64,000 nucleotides of DNA, taken from the NCBI GenBank assembly GCA_963813715.1, contig CAWFAK010000007.1, positions 672,001 to 736,000 on the forward strand, in the 5' to 3' direction. The stretch is from an uncultured Planctomycetaceae bacterium. Lineage in GTDB: Bacteria > Planctomycetota > Planctomycetia > Planctomycetales > Planctomycetaceae. Shown here piece after piece: positions 12,379-22,898 of this stretch (its first letter is position 1; each line of letters opens with the position of its first letter). A model generated the notes under the pieces. It was not told the DNA's origin, ran no database searches, and saw only the letters and a program-made list of their open reading frames with translations. The position numbers and the translations under genes were made by a program.

Positions 12379-12843
12379 GTGCGGATTCTCGACCGTGATT
12401 TGCGAGCCGCCGGCATTCCAAAGCGCGACGCACGCGGATGGGCGGTCGACGTTCACGCGCTTCGGCATTCCTTCGGAACGCTGCTCAGCAAAGAAGGTGT
12501 TGCACCGCGAACCGCTCAAGCCGCCATGCGTCATTCGACGATCGACCTGACAATGAACGTCTATACCGATCCGAAGTTATTGGACATTCAAGGCGCCCTC
12601 GACGCACTGCCCGCGCTGCCATTGGACCGGAAGCATCGGCGCACAAGTGTCACGTGCAAGGCGACAGGAACAGACGATTCCCAGCTTGCACCAACAAGCG
12701 GCGATTCGTGTCAAATTCGGTCCATCTGTGGCAAAGTGGCGACGGTGGCCGCTGATTGGACCGATCCGCGACGCGACGCCGGAACGTCTTGCGCCGTCAA
12801 AGAAAAGAACCCGCTGACAATTCGTTGTCAACGGGTCACTTAA
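12379..12843 (+). mobile_element. Tyrosine recombinase/integrase remnant (C-terminal catalytic part only) next to the tRNA-Ala 3' end
   Basis: 'VDVHALRHSFGTLL' (HxxR) and 'MRHSTIDLTMNVYT' (H and catalytic Y). No N-terminal integrase portion upstream. Confidence 0.85.
12798..12836 (-). terminator. Rho-independent terminator downstream of tRNA-Ala
   Basis: Minus strand ACCCGTTGACAA-CGAA-TTGTCAGCGGGT hairpin followed by TCTTTTCTTT. Confidence 0.75.
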
Positions 12844-12845
12844 AG

Positions 12846-12918
12846 TGGAGCGGAAGGGAGTTGAACCCTCGACCTCTGCATTGCGAACGCAGCGCTCTCC
12901 CAACTGAGCTACCGCCCC
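12846..12918 (-). tRNA. tRNA-Ala (anticodon CGC)
   Basis: Reverse complement GGGGCGGTAGCTCAGTTGGGAGAGCGCTGCGTTCGCAATGCAGAGGTCGAGGGTTCAACTCCCTTCCGCTCCA. Cloverleaf, G3-U70 alanine identity pair, anticodon loop TTCGCAA. Confidence 0.97.
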
Positions 12919-13081
12919 GGCGCTGACGACGCTCCGGCGAGTAAACCGCCGACGGCGTTCCAGTGCGGATTTTTGCAGAACCGGCGGCCCCGGTCAAGCT
13001 GTCGATTTAGAGGGCGACGCCACCGGGAAAACCAGAGTCGCAGGCATCTGATTTGCCTCGATCCTACAGACACTGCGAAAG

Positions 13082-13097
13082 TGGCACATTCTATGCA
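13082..13097 (+). promoter_or_regulatory. Candidate sigma-54 (-24/-12) promoter for the GH2 gene
   Basis: TGGCACATTCTATGCA has GG-N10-GC spacing matching TGGCAC-N5-TTGCA, about 125 bp before the ATG at 13223. Confidence 0.55.
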
Positions 13098-13222
13098 AGC
13101 AGCGGAAAGTTGACTCCCCTCAACTGGATCGAAATGCGCCGAGACATTCCGAGGGCAGCGGCTCGCCGTGCCTTCCGATAAGATGAATCCGCCGCCGATA
13201 TCTCCTTGAGGCTCGCCACCCA

Positions 13223-15097
13223 ATGATTCACAGCCTGATTCACCGCCTGTCGCTCCTGTTTCTTGGTCTCGTTTGCCTAATCGCCCCCTCGGCGAACGCC
13301 GCGGATTGGAAACCAGGGGCCGGACCGCTGATGACGCGCTGGGCCAAGGACGTCTCCCCCGCCAATTCGCATCCGGAGTACCCCCGCCCGCAGCTGGTTC
13401 GCCAGGAATGGCTGAATCTCAACGGGCTGTGGGACTTTGCCGTCAAACCCAAGGCCGAAGACCGACCGACCGCCTACGAAGGCTCGATCCTCGTCCCCTT
13501 CCCCATCGAATCGGCCCTTTCGGGCGTGATGCGGCGAGTGACCCCGGACGAACGCCTTTGGTACCGCCGCTCGGTTACGGTCCCGAAAGAGTGGGGCACG
13601 CGACGAGTCCTGCTCCATTTTGACGCGGTTGACTGGGAAGCCACCGTCCTGATCGACGGCAAACAAGTTGGCGCGCATCGTGGCGGATACGCTCCCTTCA
13701 CCCTTGATGTGACAGAGCAGCTGCTCCCTGGAACGCCGCACGAGTTGGCAGTCGCCGTCTGGGACCCGACCGATGCCGGCACGCAACCCCGCGGCAAACA
13801 GACCAATAAGCCCTCCGGAATCTGGTACACGCCGACGACGGGCATTTGGCAAACGGTCTGGCTCGAGCCGGTGGTGAAAACGCACTTGCAGGACGTCCTC
13901 TTCCTGCCGGGCGGAGCGCCCAACGCCGTCATCTTGACGGTGGCGACCGCAGACGCAGGCAGCGAACTGCCGATCGACGTCGAAATCTTCGATCGTCTGG
14001 GCGATCCGGGCGTTACGCCGACCAAGCTGGCGTCCGCCAGTGGCACGTCTGCGACTCCGCTCGTCCTCACCGTTCCTTCGGACGCCACAACCTACTGGAC
14101 CCCGGATACGCCCCAACTCTACGGCGTGGTGGTCAAGCTCTCTAGTGCCGATCGCAAGCAGGTGCTCGACGAAGTGCAGAGTTACTTCGCCCTGCGGATG
14201 ATCGATGTGGTCACCGGTCCGCGCGATCGCGTCGCCCGGATTCGTCTCAATGAGCGACCGATCTTTTTGATCGGTCCGCTCGACCAGGGCTTTTGGCCTG
14301 ATGGCCTTTACACGGCCCCCACGGACGAAGCCCTGCGATCGGATTTGGAAACCACCAAGCGGCTCGGTTTCAACATGGTCCGCAAGCACGTCAAAATCGA
14401 GCCGGCCCGCTGGTACTACTGGTGCGATCGATTGGGACTGATCGTCTTTCAGGACATGCCGAGCGGCGATAAATCCGCGCCGGAAACAACGTCGAGCAAG
14501 GCCGAAATCACCCGCTCCCCCGAGTCGGCCAAGGAGTACGAGGCCGAGCTATTGGAACTGATCGCCTCGCGGCGGCAGTTCCCTTGCATCATCGGGTGGG
14601 TGCCGTTCAATGAGGGCTGGGGCCAGTTTGACACGGGCGGCGTCGTGCGGACGATCAAAGAACACGACGCGCGGCGGCTGGTGACACCCGCCAGCGGCTG
14701 GAACGACTTCCCGTTGGGCGATATCCACGACGTCCACTCCTATCCAGGTCCCGCTGCCCCCAAGGGGGAACCGCAGCGCGCCTCCATGCTGGGTGAATTC
14801 GGCGGACTGGGCCTGCCCACTCCCGGGCACCTCTGGTCGTCCGGCGGCAAGAACTGGGGCTATCGCAAATACCAGAACAACGACGAGCTCACGAACGCTT
14901 ATCTCAACCTGACCACCAAGCTGGCGCCGCTCATCGAGTCGCGGCTCTCAGCCGCCGTGTACACGCAGACGACCGACGTGGAAACGGAAGTCAACGGCCT
15001 GATGACCTACGATCGCGCCGTCATCAAGATGGATGTCGAAAAACTTTACCAGGCCAATCGGGCGCTGATCGAAATGGGGAGCGGGTTGCCTCAATGA
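13223..15097 (+). CDS. Secreted glycoside hydrolase family 2
   Basis: Signal peptide, 'EYPRPQLVRQEWLNLNGLWDF', 'LLHFDAVDWEA', 'GPLDQGFWPDGLYTAP', 'GFNMVRKHVKIEP', 'WVPFNEGWGQ', 'GEFGG', 'YTQTTDVE'. Confidence 0.93.
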   Translation: MIHSLIHRLSLLFLGLVCLIAPSANAADWKPGAGPLMTRWAKDVSPANSHPEYPRPQLVRQEWLNLNGLWDFAVKPKAEDRPTAYEGSILVPFPIESALSGVMRRVTPDERLWYRRSVTVPKEWGTRRVLLHFDAVDWEATVLIDGKQVGAHRGGYAPFTLDVTEQLLPGTPHELAVAVWDPTDAGTQPRGKQTNKPSGIWYTPTTGIWQTVWLEPVVKTHLQDVLFLPGGAPNAVILTVATADAGSELPIDVEIFDRLGDPGVTPTKLASASGTSATPLVLTVPSDATTYWTPDTPQLYGVVVKLSSADRKQVLDEVQSYFALRMIDVVTGPRDRVARIRLNERPIFLIGPLDQGFWPDGLYTAPTDEALRSDLETTKRLGFNMVRKHVKIEPARWYYWCDRLGLIVFQDMPSGDKSAPETTSSKAEITRSPESAKEYEAELLELIASRRQFPCIIGWVPFNEGWGQFDTGGVVRTIKEHDARRLVTPASGWNDFPLGDIHDVHSYPGPAAPKGEPQRASMLGEFGGLGLPTPGHLWSSGGKNWGYRKYQNNDELTNAYLNLTTKLAPLIESRLSAAVYTQTTDVETEVNGLMTYDRAVIKMDVEKLYQANRALIEMGSGLPQ

Positions 15098-16045
15098 GGT
15101 TTCGATCCATGTCGGCCGTGCGGGCGGCGCTGGTCGCTGTCCAGCTTTCCTTTGTCACTTTTCGCGCCGTCGCCGACGAGCCGAACGAGTTCCCGCCCGA
15201 GCTGACGCGCTTCGAGCCGCGCTCAGAACCCCGTGTTCACGGCCGAAGGGCCCGGACATTGGGACGTCAAGATGCGCGAGCGGGGCTGGATCCTCCGCGA
15301 AGGCGATGCTTGGCACCTGTTCTATTCCGGCTACGACGGCACGCGCGCCGGGATCAAGCAGCTCGGCCACGCGACCTCTCCGGACGGCCTGCACTGGACC
15401 CGCGACCCGCGCAACCCGCTCTACGGGGAGCACTGGGTCGAGGACATGATGGTCGTCAAGCACGGCGACACCTATTACATGTTCTCCGAAGGGCTCGACG
15501 ACCACGCCCAGATGCTGACCTCCGCGGATCTGATCCATTGGACCTGGACAGGCTTTCTGGACATCCGCAAAGCCAACGGCGAAAAGATCGCGCCCGGCCC
15601 CTACGGCACGCCGACCGTTCTCTTTGAAAACGGCCGTTGGCTGCTGCTGTACGAGCGCTACGACGCGGGAGTGTGGCTGGCCCAGTCGAGCGATCTGAAG
15701 ACCTTCACCAACATCCAGGACAACCCGGTGCTCGTTCCTGGCCCGGACAAGTACGACCGCAAGCTCATCGCGCTCAACCAGGTGATCAAGTACCACGACC
15801 GGTACTACGCCTGCTATCACGGCTCGCCGGGCGACTCCAAGCCCGCCATCTGGTCCAGCAACGTCGCCGTTTCCACCGATTTGATTCATTGGAAGAAGTT
15901 CCCTGGCAACCCGCTGCGGCCGCTCTCCGAAAATCGATCCAGCAATTTGCTGATCGACGACGGCAAGCAATTCCGCCTGTATACGATGCACGACGCCGTT
16001 TGGGTCTTTTTCCCAGCCCGCGTGGCATCCCAGCCTTCCAATTGA
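15094..16045 (+). CDS. Secreted five-bladed beta-propeller glycosidase-like protein (GH43/32/130-like), one frameshift near 15230
   Basis: Signal peptide in ORF 15094, then repeats 'HATSPDGLHWTR..NPL', 'TSADLIHW', 'SSDLKTFT..DNPVL', 'STDLIHWKKFPGNPL'. Confidence 0.75.
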
Positions 16046-16297
16046 GCTGCCAAAACGCTGCGCGGTACAATGCCGCCAGTCTGCTAGAATGAGCCAACAG
16101 CTTGATAGAATAGTCTGACCAGCCAAAGGTTTACGCCGCTCGGCAATTCCCGCGTCAGATTTCGGCTGCCGATGCGACCAACAATCGATGGCCGGCGAGA
16201 CAAATTGAGGCTGTTCGGCCGTCTTCCTCTCGGGTGAATCGGGCGCACGGTTCGGAAAACAACCGCCGGCGCATCATCGCGAACACGGGGGCTAACC

Positions 16298-18009
16298 TTG
16301 CGAGCCATCCCCGCTCTCCTACGTCGACGTTGGCCGATAAGCGCGCTGGCGGCGGTGATCGTCTGTGTGGCTTGGATCGGTACGCAGACGTCGGCCGCTC
16401 CCCCGACGGAAAGCACGGCGACTGGCGGCGCCGCTTCGCAACCACAGGCTCGCGCGCCGGCGGAGGATCCCGTCACCTTGGTCGCCGCAGCCATCGACCG
16501 GCAGATTGCCGCCCGCTGGACCGAGGAAAACGTCGAACCGTCGCCTGCGGCCGACGATGCCGAGTTTCTCCGTCGCACGTTTTTGAACATCTCCGGCCGC
16601 ATTCCGACTGCCTCGGAAGCGCAGCAGTTCCTCGACGAGCCGGGCACGGTCAAGCGGCGGCGTCTGGTCGACCGCCTGCTGGCCAGCAGCGCCTATCCGA
16701 CTCACTGGGCCGATCTCCTTCGTTCAGTGATCGTCCCCGAGGCAAACACCGACCCCATTCTGCAGCAACAGGCGGAGGGTTTTGAGCGCTGGCTCCGCCG
16801 CCGCATCGCGCAAAATGCCGGCTACGACCGGATTGCCGCCGAGCTGCTCACCGACAACCCGCGTTCGGGCGACGCCCGCTTCTACTTCCTGGCGAAAGCC
16901 AACAAGCCCGAGAACCTGGCGGCCAGCGTGTCGCGGGTGTTTCTCGGCGTGCGCATCGAATGTGCCCAGTGTCACAACCACCCGTTCGCCAAATGGCGCC
17001 GCGAGCAGTTCTGGCAACTGGCGGCGTTCTTTGCGGGCGCCGAGACCGAGATGGGTGCGCGACCGTCTGATCTGCAGTTGGCCGAATTGACCATCCCGGA
17101 CACCGGCAAGAGAGTTTCAGCCCGCTTTCTCGACGGCAGCACGCCCATCTCGAAGTCGCCGAAACACGCCCCGCCAAAGGAGCTGCTCGCCCAATGGCTC
17201 ACAGCTCCCAGCAATCCCTATTTCGCGCGGGCAGCGGCCAACCGTGTTTGGGCGCAGCTCATGGGGACGGGGCTCGTCGATCCCGTCGATGACTTCGACG
17301 AATCGAATCCTCCGAGCCATCCTGAACTGCTCGACCTGTTGGCCGATGAGCTGGTCCGTCAGAAATACGACATCCGCTTTTTGATTCGCGCCATCTGCGC
17401 CAGCCGCACTTACCAGTTGTCGAGCATCCAGACCGATGCGCGACAGGCCAATCGCCGTCTCTTCGCCCGCGCTTCGGTCAAAGGGCTCGCCCCGGCCGAA
17501 TTGGCGGCGTGTTTGTCGCAGGCGATTGGCGAACCTGACGACCAGTCGGGCATGGAGGCCAATCCCTTCATCCCGGACCAAAACGGTTCGCTACGGTCGC
17601 TGGTGATGGAATTGTTCAAGAACGAGAACGTCGATCCGGTCGACAGCGAAACGACCATTCTGCAGGCCTTGGCCCTGATGAACAGTCACGTGATCGAAGA
17701 GTCGACCGCTCCCGGCCGCGGCACGACGCTGGCCGCCCTGCTCGACGCCCCGTTCCTCGACACGGCTGGCCACATCGAAATGCTCTATCTATCGACCTTG
17801 AGCCGCCGGCCGACCGCCCAAGAATTGCAACGCCATCTGGCCTATGTCGAACACGGCGGAGCGCACGCCGCCTCGAAGCCGAAGTTGGGCAATGTCTTTC
17901 AGCAGATGATCACGACAGACAAGTCGAAGACGCGAAGCGACCGCGACATCGCGCTGGGCGACATTTTTGGGCACTGCTCAACAGCAGCGAATTCTTGACC
18001 AACCACTGA
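16298..18009 (+). CDS. Planctomycete DUF1549/DUF1553 domain protein; 1-nt indel near the 3' end
   Basis: 'ADDAEFLRRTFLNISGRIPT', 'FLGVRIECAQCHNHPF', 'NPYFARAAANRVW', 'NPPSHPELLD', 'QALALMN'. The canonical end 'WALLNSSEFLTNH*' is restored by adding one T to the run near 17964. Confidence 0.92.
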
Positions 18010-18070
18010 GTTCGAGAAGACATTGAGCCGGACGCAGACGAGCTGGCGACCGAATTGAGCGAGGTGACGC

Positions 18071-19423
18071 ATGGTTTCTCGTCGTGATTGTTTGCGGATG
18101 GCGGCGGCGGGCGTGTCGTTTACCTCAGTCTCGGGTTGGTTCGGCTCGCTGGCGGCGGCGGCGCAAAAACATCCGGAGCGCAAACGCTCCTGCATCCTGC
18201 TCTGGATGCCCGGTGGCCCGAGTCAGCTCGATACCTGGGATCCCAAACCGGGACACGCCAACGGCGGCCCCTTCAAGGCGATCCAAACGTCGGCCCCCGG
18301 AGTGATGATCAGCGAACATCTGCCCGGCTTGGCCAAACAGATGAATCACGCCGCCGTCATTCGCTCCATGAGCACCAAGGAGGGGGACCACAATCGCGCC
18401 ACGTCGCTGATGCAGACCGGCTATCTGCCGCAGGGTCCGATTCGTTACCCCTGCTTCGGCTCGTTGTTCTCGAAGGAACTGGTCGACCCACATTCGGAGA
18501 TGCCCGGTTTCGTCAGCATCGCGCCCGCCACCTTCTTCCGCACGGGACCCGGCTTCCTAGGACCGCAATTTGCGCCGATGATTGTGGGCGGCGGCCCGGT
18601 TGCTCCGGCCAAGCCCGAAAAACCCGACTCGGATGCACCCCAAGAGATGGCTCCGGACGATTTTGGTCCGCCGCTCACGGTCGCCAACCTGGGGCGGCCG
18701 GCGGGCGTCACCTCGCGGCAAGCCGAGGCGAGGCTCGACATCCTCAAGCAACTCGACCGGCAATTCGCATCGGGCCGACCGGCTCCGCCGATTGCCAGCC
18801 ATCTGTCGGCCTACGAACGGGCCCTGCAGTTGATGAAGGCAAAAGGGAGCGAGGCCTTCGACCTCGATGAGGAACCGCAAAACCTCCGCGTGAAGTACGG
18901 CCGCAATCAGTTCGGCCAAGGCTGCCTGCTGGCTCGCCGGCTGGTCGAGCGGGGCGTGCCCTTCGTCGAAGTCTCGCTGTCCAACGGCGCCAACGCGCTC
19001 GGATGGGACACGCACGTCGAGAACTTCAAGGCCGTGCAATCGCTCTCCGAAACCCTCGACGCGGGCTTCGCGACCTTGATCGCCGACCTGGCCGATCGGG
19101 GCCTGCTCTCATCGACGCTGGTGGTCTGGATGGGCGAATTCGGCCGCACGCCCAAGATCAACGCCAACAACGGCCGCGATCACTTTCCGCTCGCCTGGTC
19201 GACCGTATTGATGGGGGGCGGCATCCGCGGCGGCCAGGCCATCGGCAAAACCGATCCGGACGGAATGCGCGTCGCCGCGCGCCCCGTCGCCGTCGGCGAC
19301 TTCCTCGCCACGATCTGCGCGAGTCTCGGCATCGACCCGACGAAACAAAACGTGTCCAACGTCGGACGTCCGATCCGCGTCATCGATCCCAAAGCCTCGC
19401 CGATCCGGGAAGCGCTCGCATGA
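18071..19423 (+). CDS. DUF1501 domain protein with Tat-like leader
   Basis: 'SRRDCLR' twin-Arg, 'CILLWMPGGPSQLDTWDPKP', 'GQGCLLARRLVERGV', 'WDTH', 'GEFGRTP', 'GRDH'. Confidence 0.95.
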   Translation: MVSRRDCLRMAAAGVSFTSVSGWFGSLAAAAQKHPERKRSCILLWMPGGPSQLDTWDPKPGHANGGPFKAIQTSAPGVMISEHLPGLAKQMNHAAVIRSMSTKEGDHNRATSLMQTGYLPQGPIRYPCFGSLFSKELVDPHSEMPGFVSIAPATFFRTGPGFLGPQFAPMIVGGGPVAPAKPEKPDSDAPQEMAPDDFGPPLTVANLGRPAGVTSRQAEARLDILKQLDRQFASGRPAPPIASHLSAYERALQLMKAKGSEAFDLDEEPQNLRVKYGRNQFGQGCLLARRLVERGVPFVEVSLSNGANALGWDTHVENFKAVQSLSETLDAGFATLIADLADRGLLSSTLVVWMGEFGRTPKINANNGRDHFPLAWSTVLMGGGIRGGQAIGKTDPDGMRVAARPVAVGDFLATICASLGIDPTKQNVSNVGRPIRVIDPKASPIREALA

Positions 19424-21297
19424 CCGATCCCGCGACAGGAAGTGGTCGGTGGCGTGTGGCCGCAGGCTTCGCTCTCGTATCGGCTCTGCTCGCTTGGACG
19501 GGTCTGCTTGGAGCCGCGTCGGCGGAAGGCCCGTCCCCGGCGGCGAACTCGACCGAGTCGCCAGCCGCCGCCAAGACTTCCGACACTCAGGCCGACACTA
19601 CGGATCTGATCTTCCTTAGTGCAGCGCGGCCGATCATCATCCGCTTGCACCTCTCAGTCGACGGACGGCGCATGGCGGACTTACGATCGGCCATCGCGCG
19701 GCGGATTTTCGACACGCTCGACGCGAACAAGAACGGCGTCTTGGACGGAAATGAGCTCAAGAACCTGCCCACGCCGCAGATGCTGGCAACCGCCGGCCGA
19801 GATCCGGAGGCGCCCGCGGAAACTGCGCCTGCGGAAACGACTGCCGCGGCCGCCCCGCTTGTCCCCAAGGACGGACGAGTCACCCCCGAAACGTGGACTC
19901 GCTTCTTGTTTCCGCCGACCGGTGGCCCGCTGACCCGCGTGACCTTCGCCGCGCCGCCTCCGGCGATGAGGGCCGTGGGAGGCGACATGGAGACGCCGAC
20001 CGGTGGCGACCTGGCAGCCCTGCTCTCGGCGATCGATGCCGACGGGGACGGCCGATTGAGCGCGGCCGAGCTGTCGCACGTCGATGGCCTGTTTCGCCTG
20101 CTCGATCTCAACGACGACGAACAGGTTTCGCGCTCGGAGTTTGTGGCGCCCATTGACGCTCGCTGGGCCTCCAACCCCACTCAGGGCGGTTCGACCGGCC
20201 CCTTACTCCCCCTCGAGCCAATTTCGCACAGAAGCGAAAACCAGGCCGGCGACAACGCGCGCGGCGATAATTCGGCCCTCATTCGTCGGCTGCTCCAGAC
20301 GTTCGCACCTAAGATCGCGGATCCCAAATCTGTGAAGCCGGAAGGCAAGCCCAAGGCACCCGCAAAACCAATGGGAATTCCGTTGGAAGTCTTCGCCCCT
20401 TCCGACGACGCGGCCCGCTTCGACAAAAACGCCGACGGGCTGCTCGACGAGCACGAGATTGAGGCGTGGCTTGCCGATCCGCGGCCGCAAGCCGAGTTGG
20501 CCGTCGACCTGGTGATGACGTCGCTCAAGGAGTCGCAAGTTCGACCGTTGAAGGTGCTGCCGATGGCCGCCGCAGCCGGACTGGCGATCGAGACGCCGTC
20601 GCCCGGGCGCGTTTTGCTTCGCGTCGGACCCGCGCCGCTCGACTTGCAGGCGGCCGACGCCCCCCGTCGCGCGGCCGCGCGGACGAGCCGGTATCGCTCA
20701 ATGTTCAAGCGGGCCGATCAGAACAAGAACAACTATCTGGAAACCTCCGAGATTCCTTTCCTGGGCCAGGGGCTCGATTCGCGGGATTTCGAGGCCATGG
20801 ACCGCGACCACAACGGCATGGTGTTTGAAGACGAGTGGATCGCCTACCTGCGGCTGCGGGACGCGCTGGCGGAGGGGCGGCTGTCGCTCACGATTTCGGT
20901 CGAGTCGGTCGACCCGCTCACGCAGTTCGACGCCAACCGCGACGGCCGGCTCAACCGGGCCGAGTTTGCCGCCGCCCTGTCAGCCGTCGCCGCCTGGGAC
21001 CGCAATCACGACGGCTTCGTCACGCCGGACGAAATTCCCCGCACGCTCCTGGGCACGTTTCATATCGGCCCGACGCGATCCGTTTCCCTGCGCGGTCCTC
21101 GGTATTCGCGAATGAAAGCGTCGTCAAAACTGCAGCCCGCCAGCGACGCGCCTGTCTGGTTCCAAAGGATGGATCGCAATCAGGACGGCGAAGTTTCGCT
21201 GCGCGAGTTTCTCGGCCCCATTTCCGTCTTCCGCCGCCTCGACACCAACGGCGACGGACGGCTCGATGTTCACGAGGCGCAGGCAGCCCAAAAGTAG
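19420..21297 (+). CDS. Secreted multi-EF-hand calcium-binding protein
   Basis: ATG overlaps the DUF1501 stop; N-terminal signal; many DxNxDG loops (DANKNGVLDGNE, DADGDGRLSAAE, DRDHNG, DANRDGRLNRAE, DRNHDG, DRNQDGEVS, DTNGDG). Confidence 0.88.
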   Translation: MTDPATGSGRWRVAAGFALVSALLAWTGLLGAASAEGPSPAANSTESPAAAKTSDTQADTTDLIFLSAARPIIIRLHLSVDGRRMADLRSAIARRIFDTLDANKNGVLDGNELKNLPTPQMLATAGRDPEAPAETAPAETTAAAAPLVPKDGRVTPETWTRFLFPPTGGPLTRVTFAAPPPAMRAVGGDMETPTGGDLAALLSAIDADGDGRLSAAELSHVDGLFRLLDLNDDEQVSRSEFVAPIDARWASNPTQGGSTGPLLPLEPISHRSENQAGDNARGDNSALIRRLLQTFAPKIADPKSVKPEGKPKAPAKPMGIPLEVFAPSDDAARFDKNADGLLDEHEIEAWLADPRPQAELAVDLVMTSLKESQVRPLKVLPMAAAAGLAIETPSPGRVLLRVGPAPLDLQAADAPRRAAARTSRYRSMFKRADQNKNNYLETSEIPFLGQGLDSRDFEAMDRDHNGMVFEDEWIAYLRLRDALAEGRLSLTISVESVDPLTQFDANRDGRLNRAEFAAALSAVAAWDRNHDGFVTPDEIPRTLLGTFHIGPTRSVSLRGPRYSRMKASSKLQPASDAPVWFQRMDRNQDGEVSLREFLGPISVFRRLDTNGDGRLDVHEAQAAQK

Positions 21298-21421
21298 CAG
21301 CCCGCGGGACCGGCAGCCGCAACGCCGACGAGCGAACCCTTCAGATGACCTTGGATTTGGGTTGATTTCGGACTATATTCGCCGAGTCGGTCGGTCCCTC
21401 CCGAGGCCGAGCCGCAAATGA

Positions 21422-21513
<92 letters not shown>

Positions 21514-21524
21514 CCTCGTTCCCT

Positions 21525-21575
21525 TCCCTTTCCAAGTCCTAGCAACCCTGGACTTGGGAAGGGACATTTTGTTTC
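21525..21575 (+). terminator. Rho-independent terminator after tRNA-Ser, possibly shared with the convergent DUF1684 gene
   Basis: TCCCTTTCCAAGTCC ... GGACTTGGGAAGGGA stem followed by CATTTTGTTT. Confidence 0.7.
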
Positions 21576-21600
21576 TCTCGACTGACATTGATCCTGGCCA

Positions 21601-22521
21601 CTACTTTTCGCGGTATTTCTCGCCGGCTTCGATCCGTACCTTCAGGACGTTCTGCTTCGGAGCGACCGGGCAGGTGGTGAAGTCGGAAAAAGCGCAAGGA
21701 GGGTTATAAGCCTTGTTGAAGTCGAGCGTAAAAGTGGCGTTGTCCTTCGGCTTCTTTTCGATGGTCAGGAAACGCGCCGAACCGTATGTGGTCTCCCCCG
21801 CCGTCTCATCCCGAAACACGAAGAACAGTCCTTCCTCCTCGGCGATGGCGTCAAGCTTGTAAGTTTCGCCGTTCAGTTTGAACTCCGCGAAACCGGGACA
21901 GGGTTGATTCGACACTTCGCCGATGATATTGACGACGCGGATCTTCTTGTCGGCCGCATAGGGCACGAACGTCGCTTCGACCTTAAACTTCTGGTCGGCG
22001 GGATACCAAACGCAGCCCTTGAAGTTCTTTCGCACCGCCGACTCGTTGTCGGCGAGTCGCAGGATGTATCGCCCACTCCGCACGATGATGTGCATGCGCA
22101 GGCGTCCCAAGCCCACCCAGTCAGGCTGATCGGTGCCGAGCACGCGCTCCTTCGTGAACGGCTTGTCGCCTCTGAGCATCGTAACGCCTTGTGCGAGGTG
22201 CAGCGTGACCTTTCCCGCGTCCGCATCGACGTGCAGCGTTCCCAAACGATCCGGGCCGACGCCCTTGAATTCGGGCGGAAAGACCACGTCATTGTCTTTG
22301 CCCGTGCCGAACGTGTTGTCCTCCGACTTCAGCGGGAAGCGGCCCGCAAGCGTTAACCATCCGTTGTCGGCCCGGAGGCTCTTTTCGCGGGACTCCCGCC
22401 ATGCTTGGAGTTCGTTGTCATAGACCCGATCGTAGGCGGCCGCAGGGATCGCCGTGCACACGGCGAGTGAAACCACGACAGACAACTTCACAATCACCTC
22501 AGTCGCCTCCGGAAAAAGCAT
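21601..22521 (-). CDS. DUF1684 domain secreted protein
   Basis: 'GWLTLAG', 'LFFVFRDETAGETTYGSARFL', 'LDFNKAYNPPCAFSDFTTCP..PKQN.L.V.IEAGEK'. Start may be slightly downstream. Confidence 0.9.
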   Translation of the reverse strand: MLFPEATEVIVKLSVVVSLAVCTAIPAAAYDRVYDNELQAWRESREKSLRADNGWLTLAGRFPLKSEDNTFGTGKDNDVVFPPEFKGVGPDRLGTLHVDADAGKVTLHLAQGVTMLRGDKPFTKERVLGTDQPDWVGLGRLRMHIIVRSGRYILRLADNESAVRKNFKGCVWYPADQKFKVEATFVPYAADKKIRVVNIIGEVSNQPCPGFAEFKLNGETYKLDAIAEEEGLFFVFRDETAGETTYGSARFLTIEKKPKDNATFTLDFNKAYNPPCAFSDFTTCPVAPKQNVLKVRIEAGEKYREK

Positions 22522-22898
22522 TGCGGAAACTGTTGAGTCCTAAAGTATTCGCACTGCCCGCCGAATAAAAGCGATGGATCGGCTACCATGTGAGTTACGC
22601 GCGCGAGGGAGAACTCGTTGACGACACAACACATTCCCGCCTCAGCGGCGACAAACGAACGCGAGGGCTCACGGTAATCAGTGTTCCGGGAAGGCACAAC
22701 CTGCAGTGCCGGCCGTAAAAGTGCGATAGCCGCGGATTTTTGTTGCTAACATCGAGTGCAGGGGCAGCGTCGTTCGGCACTCGCTTGACCCGGCGGCCGT
22801 CAGCGTTTCCCAGCGATGTGTACCATCCTCAACACGTATGAACACGACAATTGCGGCGTTTGAATCTGGTTCGCAAACAGACATCATTGGAGCACACG

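Noticed and set aside
19003..19419. N-terminal extension of the 764-aa EF-hand ORF
   Set aside because: Overlaps DUF1501 in another frame. The real start is the ATG at 19420, which precedes a signal peptide.
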